NCBI GenBank assembly: GCA_964016885.1
Contig: OZ024741.1
Span: 44,764,001 to 44,828,000 of the forward strand
DNA from: Eledone cirrhosa
Lineage: Eukaryota
DNA length: 64,000 nt
Reading direction: 5' to 3'
Shown: positions 37,016 to 53,953 of the stretch, one piece after another
Position numbering within the stretch: position 1 is the stretch's first letter
Layout of the letters: every line of letters begins with the position of its first letter
The notes under the pieces: model-generated
Told to the model about the DNA's origin: nothing
Database searches by the model: none
The model's input: only the letters and a program-made list of their open reading frames with translations
Translations under genes and position numbers: made by a program

Positions 37016-39004
37016 CTACCTTTCTGCTTCCCGGGGTTCGGGTCGCACGACTTCCATGGGGTCGGGGGTGTTGGGTGAAGGGGTGTCTTGTGGTGGTGTG
37101 GGGTCGTCAGTGTGTGGTGGGGTTGGGGTGTTTGGAGTTGTGTTGGGGAGGGGAAGGGGAGGGGGAAAGCTTTTTAGTAGGACGCGGTTTATGGGTTTGA
37201 CAGAGGGTGGTCCTACGTCCTCCTTAAAATCCTTTTTTAGTTTTTGGTAGAGGTTCATTGGGATCTTTATTAGTTTTAAATGTGGGTAGTTTTCTGAAGA
37301 AACAAAGTTTACACCTTCGGTTTGTACCGAAGGATTATTGTTTATGAGTTCATTTAATTTATTATTGTTTCTGTTGATGTAAGTATAGTATAATGCCTTT
37401 TTTTCGGATGGTGTGAGTGTTTCGAAGAGGGGAGGGGCAGGTTTGGTTTTGTTTGTTGCTGGAGGGGTGTTTTGTGTTTTGTTGGATTGTGTTGACATTT
37501 GGGTGGGGGTTGTTTGGCCTTGTGTGTTTTGCACGTTTTCTTTTTTTCCTTTTAATCTGTCTGAAGGACTCCGTTTCTTCCTCCGAATTCGTTGGGTTAT
37601 CTTCAGTGTTGTAGGGAAGAGGTATGTTTGCTGGTAATGATTCCGTGTTGGTTTTCTTTGTGGGGGAGATGGATGTCACTATGTTAAACTGTGTTGTGTG
37701 TTGTGGCTGCGGTGGTTGTGTTGTTTTATTGAGTGAGGGGTTGGGTGGGACTGTATTTTGTTTTGGGGTAATGTGTTGTGACTGTTTGTGTTGTGGTGGT
37801 TGTGTAGTTTTACTGAGGGACGGGTTGGGTGGGACTGAGTTTTGTTGTTTGTTTATCTGTTGTGGTGGTGGTGGTGGTGGAGCTGGTGTTGGTAGCAGGG
37901 TTTTCTTTTTGTTGAGTTGGGGACAAGCCGCCTTCAGGTGCCCTCTGCCTGCACAGATATGACAGGACGGCCTTCTCCCCTCCACGCTAATGTTTATATA
38001 CCCGTGGCCCTCTAATAGGATTCTGTCGGGTATTTGGGCGATGCGTTCAGGCTTCATTTGTACTACAAGTTCTATACCTGTTCCACTGAACGCATTGCCT
38101 GTGGTTTTCCCAATGGAAATCACGTTGTCATTCGCTGGATCGATGAAGCCAGCTATGAGCCAGCAGTAGTCCACATCTGGCATCATTGCATGCAGCCATA
38201 TACGTTGAGTTCTTTTACCCATATAAGATGGATAAAAGGTAAAATTTTTCGAACGAATCGGTGACAAGGCACATTTTTTTGCCGCCGATTCGTTCTTCAT
38301 AATAATCGCTAGGCTTCCATACAGTCTGTCTTTTCATATGAAAGTGGTTTCATTAAGTACTTCTGTAAGTACTGTTTTGATTTCTGTTTGAGTTGGCTGT
38401 TCAGGTTTTTTTTAAGTGTTGTTGATGGTGCAGAAAACGACCGTTCGACTTTCAATGTCTTTGGTGAGTTCTTGAGGCATTTTTACCGATAAAATACCAT
38501 TCTCTCCTTCAGTTATATATTGTTTGGCGTCTGCAATTCTTTGTGCCACATCTGAAATATTTTCAGGTATATATGTCAAAGATTTCTTTGTTGTTTGTGC
38601 AAATGAAATATTATTGGTGTTGACTTTGTCGTCTGCTTTGCTTTCTGTTATGATGTTGTTTTCAAATGTTATTATTGTGTTTGTCGTGTCTCTGTTTGTG
38701 GTATTAATATTGTCATGCAATTTTTCAAATTTTTTTTTTCGTTGTTGGAATCCATGTCCAGATTTGTGTTTTCGTCATTTTTCTCCGCAGATTCGTCTGT
38801 TTTTATTTTATTTTTTCCTTCCTTCTCTATGACGTTAGTTGGGAAGGAAAAGGGGACTAAAGCGTGCGAGCTTACAACTCTTACCGCTGTCCCCCCACCA
38901 CTATTTTCATTAGCTTCGATTAACATTTCTGTCAGACGATTGAAATTTTTTTTATGCCACAACATTTTCAAAAACAGGTTTTTCACCCCTAGGAGGGGTA
39001 ACAC
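37016..39004 (-). pseudogene. Tx1 ORF1 (gag-like, zinc knuckle), broken into four ORFs
   Basis: VEGRRPSCHICAGRGHLKAACP knuckle; P/Q/T-rich tail; immediately upstream of APE. Confidence 0.8.
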
Positions 39005-39190
39005 TGAGCTAACCCACCGCCTGACAGTTCAGACGGGGGGTCAAGCTACACAATAGTATCAAAATTGAAATTGAACTTACAAAATTTCCGCAATAAATTT
39101 GAACAAAACTTCTGCGCGAAGTGAATTACATCTACGCTGTAGAACAGACGACAGCTAGATCAATAGATAGGTAGATAGATAGATAGATAT

Positions 39191-39801
39191 GTTTCTTTTA
39201 TTTGCCACAAGGCCATCAAAAGTGGGACAAGTACAATGGGGGGAGTTTACAAAACAAGGCGTCCTCAATAGGGAGGAGGCAATAACAATATATAAAAATA
39301 AAATAAAATATAACAAAAAATAGAATTATAACAAAATCCTCAATAGAGGATTTTGTTATAAAATATAACAAAAAAATAAAATTTATAACAAAATCCTCAA
39401 TAGAGAGGAGGCGCCTTGGGGGGTCGCACACACCCCCGAAAAAAGTGTGCAACCCTTTTCCTCAGGAGCTCAGAGAGGGGGTGCTCCCTCGTTCCTTCCT
39501 CTTTTCCACCTACAGGCTTATGTAAAGAGAAGGCCCATTCACACGGGCCATTCTCGCCACTTTCACCCACCTTTCATAAAAACGACTGGGGTGCAGCACC
39601 TCTCTCTCCATCCTGATCCTTCTTCCGAAATGATATCGGAAGAAACGGACCAGTTGTTGGCCAGAGAGAAAGGTGCCTGACCTCAGTCCTTTCAGACGCG
39701 TCCACCATACAACCTCTTTCGCCATGGCTATTACGCACAGAAACACCGCCTCTGCTTCATCTTTGAAGGGGGGAGGCGGCTTGATCATTACAATAGACTC
39801 G
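39191..39801 (-). mobile_element. 5'-truncated Tx1 copy in the same (GATA)n tract
   Basis: The 92-aa C-terminus closely matches 33547-33830; GATA repeats on both flanks. Confidence 0.9.
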
Positions 39802-39802
39802 G

Positions 39803-39896
<94 letters not shown>

Positions 39897-40554
39897 TATC
39901 GGTATCTTTCATATCGGTATCCTTCCTATTTTGTACACATAACATCGGCTATTGTTAATTCAGTGTGCATAAGCCGAAGCTTTATTTAGCAAGCATGCAA
40001 GTTTTCAGTTTGAAACATTCAATTTACAGATTACCGTGTATTTGATTATTGTTACCGTAGCAATAGCAGAAAGACGAAATATTTAGTGTTGGAAACATTA
40101 ATGGTCTATATATTTTCACAAATATATACAAAATCATCAGTTTTTTAATAATGTTAACTCTTAGAATTAAAGCGATCACGTTACATTTCGGTCACGTATA
40201 TTGGCGCAGAAAGCAATTAATTAAACCCCAGATGAAAAATCAATTCCCAATTGAAATTGTTAATTGGCTATATACTTGCGCTGAACCTGTACATGCACTT
40301 TGGACTAGATGAAATTCCCTTCACCAACTGACGACTGGAGATATTAAAAATGTTGGCACCTTCTATAATTGCTTCCTTCAGCAGAATCAATCAGCATTGA
40401 TGCTACCAGGAAATCTCCAAACATTGAGGTTCCCTCAGTAATATAATATTTCCTCCGATTATCCATGCCGACACAGCAATTATCTCAGTGCTGTTGGAAT
40501 CAATCCACTCCTTTAAGAATTATTGTCTTCTTGTTGATAAAGGTTCTTTTCCCT

Positions 40555-40810
40555 GCTTTTTTCAATATCGATCAGCTCGGTTGTGATCAAGACAATGAAG
40601 CCCCACTCTTCGACAGCTCCTGAGATACGAGATTGCGTGCGTGATCCACATCTAAACCGCTGATACACTTATTAGTGGGTTCTAGGTATGGTGAGTGGGG
40701 TTTGGGAGGAGGTAAAAGAACAACGGTAAAAAATCTATGTATAGATTACATAGATGAGAAATTGTGCATTTTTATTTAAAGGTAACTCATCAACAGGTAT
40801 GTGTACAGGA
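40555..40810. repeat. Unclassified dispersed repeat; inverted copy at 63058-63335
   Basis: tcaatatcgatcagc...ctcctgagatacgagatt.cgtgcgtgatccacatc...tgtgtacagg aligns with the reverse complement of 63058-63335. Confidence 0.75.
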
Positions 40811-41094
40811 AATAAATTGTAGAAGGGAGAACTAACAAAAGGAATGCAACCTGTCCGACCACCTATCATAATCAAACCGAAGCATTTAACTTACACTAAT
40901 AAATAGATGATCGCTAACCATCGTGAAACAGACTGTTAGCGTCTCTCCGTTCCTGCGCCAAAAAGAAGTAAGTGACATAGTCACTATTTTAAAACCGATA
41001 GCGAATTGTTTACTAAATGTTTTTAATTAGAGATACGGTATATGGCTAAAGATACTATATATGCATTTATATATATATATATGCATGTATAGTG

Positions 41095-41131
<37 letters not shown>

Positions 41132-41293
41132 AATTAATATATCTACCGACATATGTATACAGATGCATACCTATGCTAGAAAATATATGTTTTGTCTTAG
41201 TAACTTTGTGGTTCTATGCAGGGGGATGCAGAACAATTATATGAAAGACGTAAATAAGAAAGTTATGAAAATTGACTTACTTACTAAAATTTC

Positions 41294-41374
41294 ACTCCAA
41301 CTAATTAGTTTCTGTAAGGGGATAAATATAGTTACGTAATATAACTATAGAGAAGCCTTACGTCATCAGGGAGT
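41294..41374 (-). ncRNA. Type I hammerhead ribozyme (inverted copy)
   Basis: Exact reverse complement of 41672-41752. Confidence 0.8.
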
Positions 41375-41671
41375 CGGTAGATATATTAATTCTTTATAAT
41401 TATCTCCAAATTATATGTTCAGCAAAATTTGCCGAAATTACTACTGTGACTGATAGTAGTAGCTAGGCTCTGTCTTAATAGCACCCCCACTTCTAGCTGA
41501 TTAACCTCAGGGTCACGTGATTGATTCTTTTGAATTTGCCACTTGACCAAGTAGGCAGTGAATTTTTCAATGTCTTGGAATCTAGCCACGCTCGCTTTTT
41601 TCCATCCACTGAATTATTTTTATATAAGTTCCCAATGTCCCCGCATTGCCAGGAAGCTTAGCTGAGAATAG

Positions 41672-41752
41672 ACTCCCTGATGACGTAAGGCTTCTCTATA
41701 GTTATATTACGTAACTATATTTATCCCCTTACAGAAACTAATTAGTTGGAGT
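41672..41752 (+). ncRNA. Type I hammerhead ribozyme with long stem II and palindromic stem III
   Basis: actcc-CTGATGA-c-gtaagg...ccttac-a-GAAA-ctaattag-TT-ggagt; GUU triplet with predicted cleavage after 41747; actaattagt is self-complementary. Confidence 0.85.
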
Positions 41753-41795
41753 GAAATTTTAACAAGTCAATTTCCATAACTTTCTTATTTACGTC

Positions 41796-41899
<104 letters not shown>

Positions 41900-41975
41900 A
41901 ATAACATATATATATATATATGTTATTAATTCTGGCAATATTACACAGATATGACCCTCCCCAAGTATAACAATA

Positions 41976-42620
<645 letters not shown>

Positions 42621-42940
42621 ATATCAAAGTTTAATGGGCTTCCACTGAAGATTTATAAGTGCCCACCTAAATATATTCTTACATGAATATATGTTGGCTT
42701 CTACATAAACTGGAAACATTCTCCCAATTTGTAGAGAACTTATAATGAAATAATTGTTTGGAAAGAGATATATTTTAACTTTAATTATATCTCATAAAAT
42801 AATTGGCTTTCTACAAAATACATATAGTTAGCACCCCAAACACTTAAATTGGGTTTATACTAACATATAACCTAATGTTTGTTGAGTGAGATGGTTACCA
42901 GTCGGAGTTTAGCTTTAAGCTATCTCTGTTATTGTATTAA

Positions 42941-47563
<4,623 letters not shown>

Positions 47564-47878
47564 ATGATTTGGAACTGCCATGAAGTCAAAGAGGATTTGG
47601 AACTGCCATGAAGTCAAAGTGATCCCGATTGTCATAGGCGCACTGGGGACTATCTCCAAAAGTTTCCAGGGATGGTTAAAGAAAATCGGCCCCTTCACGC
47701 TTTTTGGAACGCTTCAAAAGGCATGCTTGCTTGGAACAGCAAGAACCCTCCGATACGGCCTGAATATCTGAGGCTGCAGGTAGTGGCTTGATATTCAATC
47801 CAACGGACTTTCCAGTTAACCAACATCAATGACTGAGATTCAAGGAATAACAATGACAATAATAATAATAATAATAAT
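47564..47878 (+). mobile_element. Short 5'-truncated Dong copy with a 25-bp 5' duplication
   Basis: gatttggaactgccatgaagtcaaa occurs twice, then the ORF end, 3' UTR and (TAA)n. Confidence 0.9.
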
Positions 47879-47881
47879 TAA

Positions 47882-49190
47882 GAACGATACAAGTATTTGG
47901 GTGTTCTGGAGGCTGACGACACCAAGAACAAAAAGAATGAAGGAATTGATAAGATCTGAATACATCCGGAGAGTAAGTAGCTTATTAAAGTCACATCTGA
48001 ACAGTAGGAATGCCATAAGTGCAGTAAATTCCCGAGCTGTGTCTATTATTAAGTAAAGTGCGGCAATTCTGAGATGGAATGTTGCTGAACAAAAAGAAAT
48101 GGATAGGAAGACTAGGAAGCTATTGACTATCTACAACATGTTCCACAAGAGGAGTGATGTCGATAGACTCTACTTAAGGAGATCTGAAGGTGGAAGATGT
48201 CTTATCAGCATAGAGGACTGTGTTCAGATGGAGAAAAACAACCTAAACAAATAGGCGACTCATAGTAAGGAGCCAATGCTCAGAACTGTACTGAAGGATA
48301 GGACAATAGACCAGGGGATGTCCAGGGAGGAAATAACAACAAGGAGAAAGAGCAGCCTTCATGAAAAATGCCTTCATAGTACCTTCTTTGAGAAAACTAA
48401 ATTCAGAGATCCACAGACATGGAACTGGTTTAGAAGAGGAGACCTTAAAAAGGCTACAGAAGGAATGCTAATGTCTGCTCAAGAGCAGGCCCTCAAAACG
48501 AAGTGGTTGAAACACCATATTTACAAGGAGGAGGCTAGCCCACTGTGCAGGATCTGTGGAGAGAGAGAGGAGACTGTGGCTCACATTGTATCCGAGTGTA
48601 AACACCTAGCCCAGACTCATTATGAGGGCTGGAGACAATATGTGATGGGCAGAGTAATCCACTGGCACCTATGCAAAGTAAACAATTTACCACATTCTGA
48701 GAAGTGGTATGAGCATAAGTGAGAGTCGGTGATAGAAAACGATCAGGTGAAGGTGCTGTGGGATTTTAGGATACAGACGGACAAGAAACTGGAACACAAT
48801 AGACCTGACCTGGTGGTTTTGGACAAAGAAAAAAGATCGTGCCTGATTGTGGATGTGGCCTGCCCATTCGACACAAGAGTGCAAGAGAAGGAGAGGGAGA
48901 AAATTAACAGATACCAGGAATTAAAGTGGGAGGTAAAAAGGATTTGGAACTGCCATGAAGTCAAAGTGGTCCCGATTGTCATAGGCGCACTGGGGACTAT
49001 CTCCAAAAGTTTCCAGGGATGGTTAAAGAAAATTGGCCCGCCACGCTTTTTGGAACGCTTCAAAAGGCATGCTTGCTGGGAACAGCAAGAACCCTCCGAT
49101 ACGTCCTGAATATCTGAGGCTGCAGGTAGTGGCTTGATATTCATTTCAACAAACTTTCCAGTTAACTAACATCAATGACTGAGACTCAAA

Positions 49191-49224
<34 letters not shown>
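47882..49224 (+). mobile_element. 5'-truncated, more diverged Dong copy
   Basis: Aligns with 46230-47560, with several stop codons; ends in (TAA)n. Confidence 0.9.
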
Positions 49225-49225
<1 letters not shown>

Positions 49226-49226
<1 letters not shown>

Positions 49227-52200
49227 TTTCTTTATTGGCCACAAGGGCTGACATCAAGAAAAACATCACAGACGGAACAGGACGGTACGATGTGGATTTT
49301 GTGCGTGTAAATACTTTTATTATTTATATAAGAAAAGAAAAAAGACTTAAAACATATATATATATAAACAATAAAATGAAAATTGAAACAATGAAAAATT
49401 CCCCAATGGGGGGGAAAACTCCGAGGGTTACTCGTGGCGAAAACCACACAAAAGACCACGGCCACCCTGACTACCAGGGCAAGCGGCCTCTCTCAATTTG
49501 TCCATCTCTCAAACTACAGACGTATATTCAGAGTGGACCCATTCACTCGGACCATTCTCGCTACATTCACCCACCTTTCAACAAACTTGCTAGAAAGCAG
49601 CACTTGCCTCTCCACCCTGATTTTCTTCTTCAAGTGAAACCTGAAAAAGTTAATCAGGGATTCGCCGAAGAGGAAATTGTTTGTCTTTAATCCTTTTAAC
49701 CTTGTCCACCACACAATCTCTTTCGCCATGGCCACCAGGCAGATGAAAACCGCCTGCCCTTCCTCCTCAAAGGAAGACGGCGAGACCATATTCACAATGG
49801 ACACAGTCGACAACCAGATCAGTCCCACACGTGACAGCAACTGTTCGACATAGCTCCACAAGTCGGCAATGCTTGGGCACTGAACGAGTGCGTGCACAAC
49901 GGTTTCGTCGCTATGCGCGCATCTCGGAGAGGCTCGGCTGACGGCACTTCCGTGCCTGTAGAGCTTATCTCGAACCGGCAGCGCTCCCCGGTAACACTGC
50001 CAGGCCAGGGATTTTTGGAAGTTATACATAGGCCCCAGGCTCAAATTTCTCCGAAAGAGAGCAAGCAGCTGATCTTCTTCGACGCCCAGGATCTCTCCGA
50101 GAACGTCGTCGCTCTTCCTCTCCACTAGTCCTCTATAGAACGCCGAGTTGGATTTCCACCGATACTGGTGCCCAACTGGGAGAGGGCAGTGAGCGCCTAG
50201 AGACATTGCAGTTTCCAAGCGCTATCCCTCGGTCGTTTTCTGACCCAGGACTGCAGCTCCGTCAAGGAGACGAGCTGTGGGAAAATGTGCCTGGCGAACG
50301 GCGACCACACCCATTCACCATCAAGGAAGCACCAGCCATGGCATGCCCAGTCCTCCACGCAACGGGTGTTGACAGCAGATGGATCGTCTGACCATGGGAG
50401 CGCGTCCCTTCCACAAAAAGCGGAAGAGGAGGCGCTCCATTTTGGTGAAAGTTGGGCTGGAGCAAGGGACGACGGTGAGGCGGTAGCAGATGACGGATGC
50501 GATGTACGCATTCGCCACTTCCGCCCGGCCTTTCAGGGACAGCTTCCTCTCAGCCCATTTCTGGGTGAGGGAGGCCACCCTGCTCGTTACCTCGTTCCAG
50601 TTTTTCTCCATCTGGAGGTCCGGTCCGAACCAGACCCCGATCAATTTAACCGGTCCGTCCGTCCAACGCCCCACGACGCTGTCGGACGGCATGGACTTGC
50701 CTCTCCATGTGCCTAGCTGCAAGCCCACGGACTTTTCCTGGTTTATCTTTGCTCCTGTCACCGTTTCGTATCGCTTGAGAGCGGTGCCGAGCATCTGGAC
50801 GTATCTGGTGCTCGACACCACCACGGTGACGTAGTCAGCGTAAGCCGACTCGGATTTCCCGCATCCTAGTTCGCCTGGGACGCCCCTCATCGCCCCCAGT
50901 TTGTGCAGTAACGGCTCGAGAGCCAATACGTACAAGAGGGACGAGAGGGGACAACCCTGGCGGACTGAGCGCGTGATGCTGAACGGCTGCAACAGGTGAC
51001 CGTTCACCCTCACAACTGAGCAGATGTCGCTGTACATTGCTGCAATCCAACGCCTGAAAACGGGCCCGAAACCGGCTGCTTCGAGCACCGCAGCCATGTA
51101 CCGATGGTCGACCCTATCGAATGCTTTGGATTGATCCAAGTTGATGTGGGCCCCACCCTTGCCAAGTTCCTTAACCACCCTCTCTATGATGTATCGCATG
51201 AGGTGGAGGTTGTCGTGTATGGATCTGTCCGGAATGGCGCATGTCTGTGCCTCTCCCACCAGACCCTTCACGACAAGCGCCAACCTCGTTGCTAACACCT
51301 TGGCCAAAATCTTGAACTCTGCGTTTAGCAGGGTTATGGTCCTGAAATTATCAATAACATCCCCCTTGTTCGGGTCTTTTCTCAGCAGCACCACAATTAG
51401 GGAAGAAAAGGGAAGAAAAACGCACATGGTGGATATAACGTTATGGAATCGCACCCGTAAGTTTTTGATTTTTACTTATTTAAAACAACTGTGATAGAAT
51501 AATTCTTATTACAAATGAAATATAAGATTACACTTTTGACTCTCAGCAAGCGACAACGCATCACATTAAGGCATAGGGCCCGAATATTTAATATTTAATT
51601 TTGGATCAGAAATGTTACAGTCGAAAAAGAGTAGCCGCCGAAGATCGGTGCGAAGGCCCGTGCTTCGGAGATTCTTGTCTCACTGATGGCCACTACATCT
51701 ATGTTTAGTGACCTGAGGTCGTTGAGCAGTATGTCCGAATATACTCTTCGGTTGAGAGTCCCTCCTAGGTCTCTGAAATCACCAACTGCGTTGGGGAATT
51801 TCGTTTTAATGTTTGTGTATTGTTTCTGTGCTATTTTTAGCAGTCTTATGTTAGTTGGCGTTTTGATTGGTGCTAGTATTATGTAGTCGTGTTGTGAAAT
51901 GTCTGTGTGTTCAATTATGTAAGTCATTAGTTTCTTGTTGTGTGTACTTATTGCCGTGCATCTGTTTTTCTAGGGGTGGGATGTGGTCCTGCTATTTTCT
52001 TGTCGTTGTTGCTGGGTGTGTGTGTTTTGTTGTTGTGTTTGCGATGTTGGTGCTTGTGGTGGTGGCGTTGAAGGTGTTGTTGTTGTTGGCGGTGGGGTTG
52101 TCGCCGGTGGTGATGGTGGTGCTAGTGTGGGTGGTGATGGTGTTGGTGGTGTTGCTGCTGCGAGTCTCTTTGCAGTAGCCTTTACCCTTTTTTCATGTCT

Positions 52201-53323
52201 TTCCTCCCTTTTCGAAGGCGACGATGCGCTGCTTCTGCGTTTGTGCCTTCTTACGACCTTTTGCCATCCCTCTCCCACCTCACACTCCATGTCTGATTCT
52301 GTGAAGTCGGGGAGGGGTACCGGCTCCACACTTTCACTTGTTGTTGTTGGTAATGTTTGCACTGGAGTCTTTGTTGCAGCTGCATTTGGTATTGCTGTTG
52401 TTGTTGTTAATACTTCCACTGCTGCTGCTGTTCTTGATTTCCATGACGTTGGTGTGGGTGCCACGGACCTATCGTTCCTGGTTGCCGCTTGTCCTGTTGC
52501 TGGTAGCCGTGGAGCCGGTTTCGGAAGGAGGGGGGTTTCTCCTTTCTCAGGGTCTTCTCGTTGCAGAAGGCCCTTAGGTGAGTCTTCGATCCACAGCGAA
52601 AGCATTTCGGGCGTTTGCCCACAACACTTATGGGCAGTTGAGTGCCGTTATCGAAGTCTATCACATCCGGGATAGCTTCGATGCACTCCTGGTTGGTTTG
52701 GATTAAGATCTCAATGGAGGTGCCGACCCAATCTTCTCTTACTTTTTTCTGTACTTGCAGTGCAGTTGTTTTGTCCTCGATTCCGACGAGGACAGACGCG
52801 GCCAGGCAAGAAGGTGCCATCCCGGGGGTGTCGGTTTGACCCTCACAATTTTTTGCCCGCAGTAGGAGGGCACCAACACCATTTCCTCGCTCCTTAGGGT
52901 CACTAAGGATTGAGCCTTTGCATCCTGGGGTGTGGCAAAAAGTACGTCTATGGTGGCATATTTCTTGCCTCGGGTGATGTGCGTTTTCCGCTGCCACACA
53001 GGCTTTTTGTATTTGAGCCTCTGTGGCTCTTTCAAGCCTACGGGATTTTGTACCTACTGTACGGTACGTGACCGTACAGTGTTGTTGGGTTTCGAAAAAT
53101 TTTTCGGCTGCCTTGCAGATTGCTCGGTGTCCAGTTTTTGTCACCATCTTCTTCGCTTCCTCTAATTCCTCATTTGTTATGAGGATGGTTTCCAGGTTCT
53201 TTGCGATACCTGCAAACGAGATTGGTTTTTCTTTGCTGCTATTGTTGTCGTCAGAGCTGCTGTTACTTTTGTTGTTGCTGCAGGTACTACGACTACTGCC
53301 GCCGCCGCTGTTGCTGTGGTTGT

Positions 53324-53354
<31 letters not shown>

Positions 53355-53905
53355 AATGCTGTTGTTGTTTATGCTGCTGCTGATGCTCTTGCGGCTGCTA
53401 CTGTTGTTTTCCCTGTCACTGTTGCTGCTGCTGCTGTTATTACGGCTGCTACTGCTATTATTCCTGACGTCAGACGAATGAAATGGGTTTTCTTATTTCC
53501 CGCACACCTTTTTCGTCGTTGTCGTCGTGGAGAAATCTTGATCGCTTTGCACGTAATTTTTCTTTTCTGGCGTCGCTTGCGAAAGAGAAGGGAGGGAGAG
53601 AGACAATCTTCTCTCTGCTGTAGTGACGATTGAGGAAGAAGAAGACGGAATGAGTGGGAGTGACCTATGAAAATTCTTTTTCGTAGCCATGTTGTTTTTT
53701 TGTTTAAAATAAATATTGGGCACAAAACCCCAATGAGCGGTTATTTAACCCCGAAGGGCCAAAGAACGGACAGAAAGACCCCTCTCACGAGGAGGAGGGT
53801 GTTTTTTTCTACCAGTTGGTTAAGGTTTTAAACAATTTACAGTTGTTATAGCGGTCAAAATGTACAATACCTTACAGAGCCGAGCCTCCGTCAACCATAG
53901 CATTC
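49226..53905 (-). mobile_element. Tx1/L1-clade element (second family) inserted in (TAA)n, with internal deletion/insertion
   Basis: ORF1 knuckle KCFRCGSKTHLRAFC; APE start LLNDLRSLNIDVVAISET; RT motifs (LDQSKAFDRV, RQGCPLS, AYADY); 3' end ggccaataaagaaat; (TAA)n on both flanks. Confidence 0.9.

Positions 53906-53951
<46 letters not shown>

Positions 53952-53953
<2 letters not shown>

Larger units (their letters stand above)
33334..39155 (-). mobile_element. Near full-length Tx1/L1-clade non-LTR retrotransposon inserted in (GATA)n
   Basis: ORF1 with a CCHC knuckle, ORF2 APE-RT-Zn finger, 3' end aataaagaaat; GATA repeats on both flanks; several frameshifts. Confidence 0.92.
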
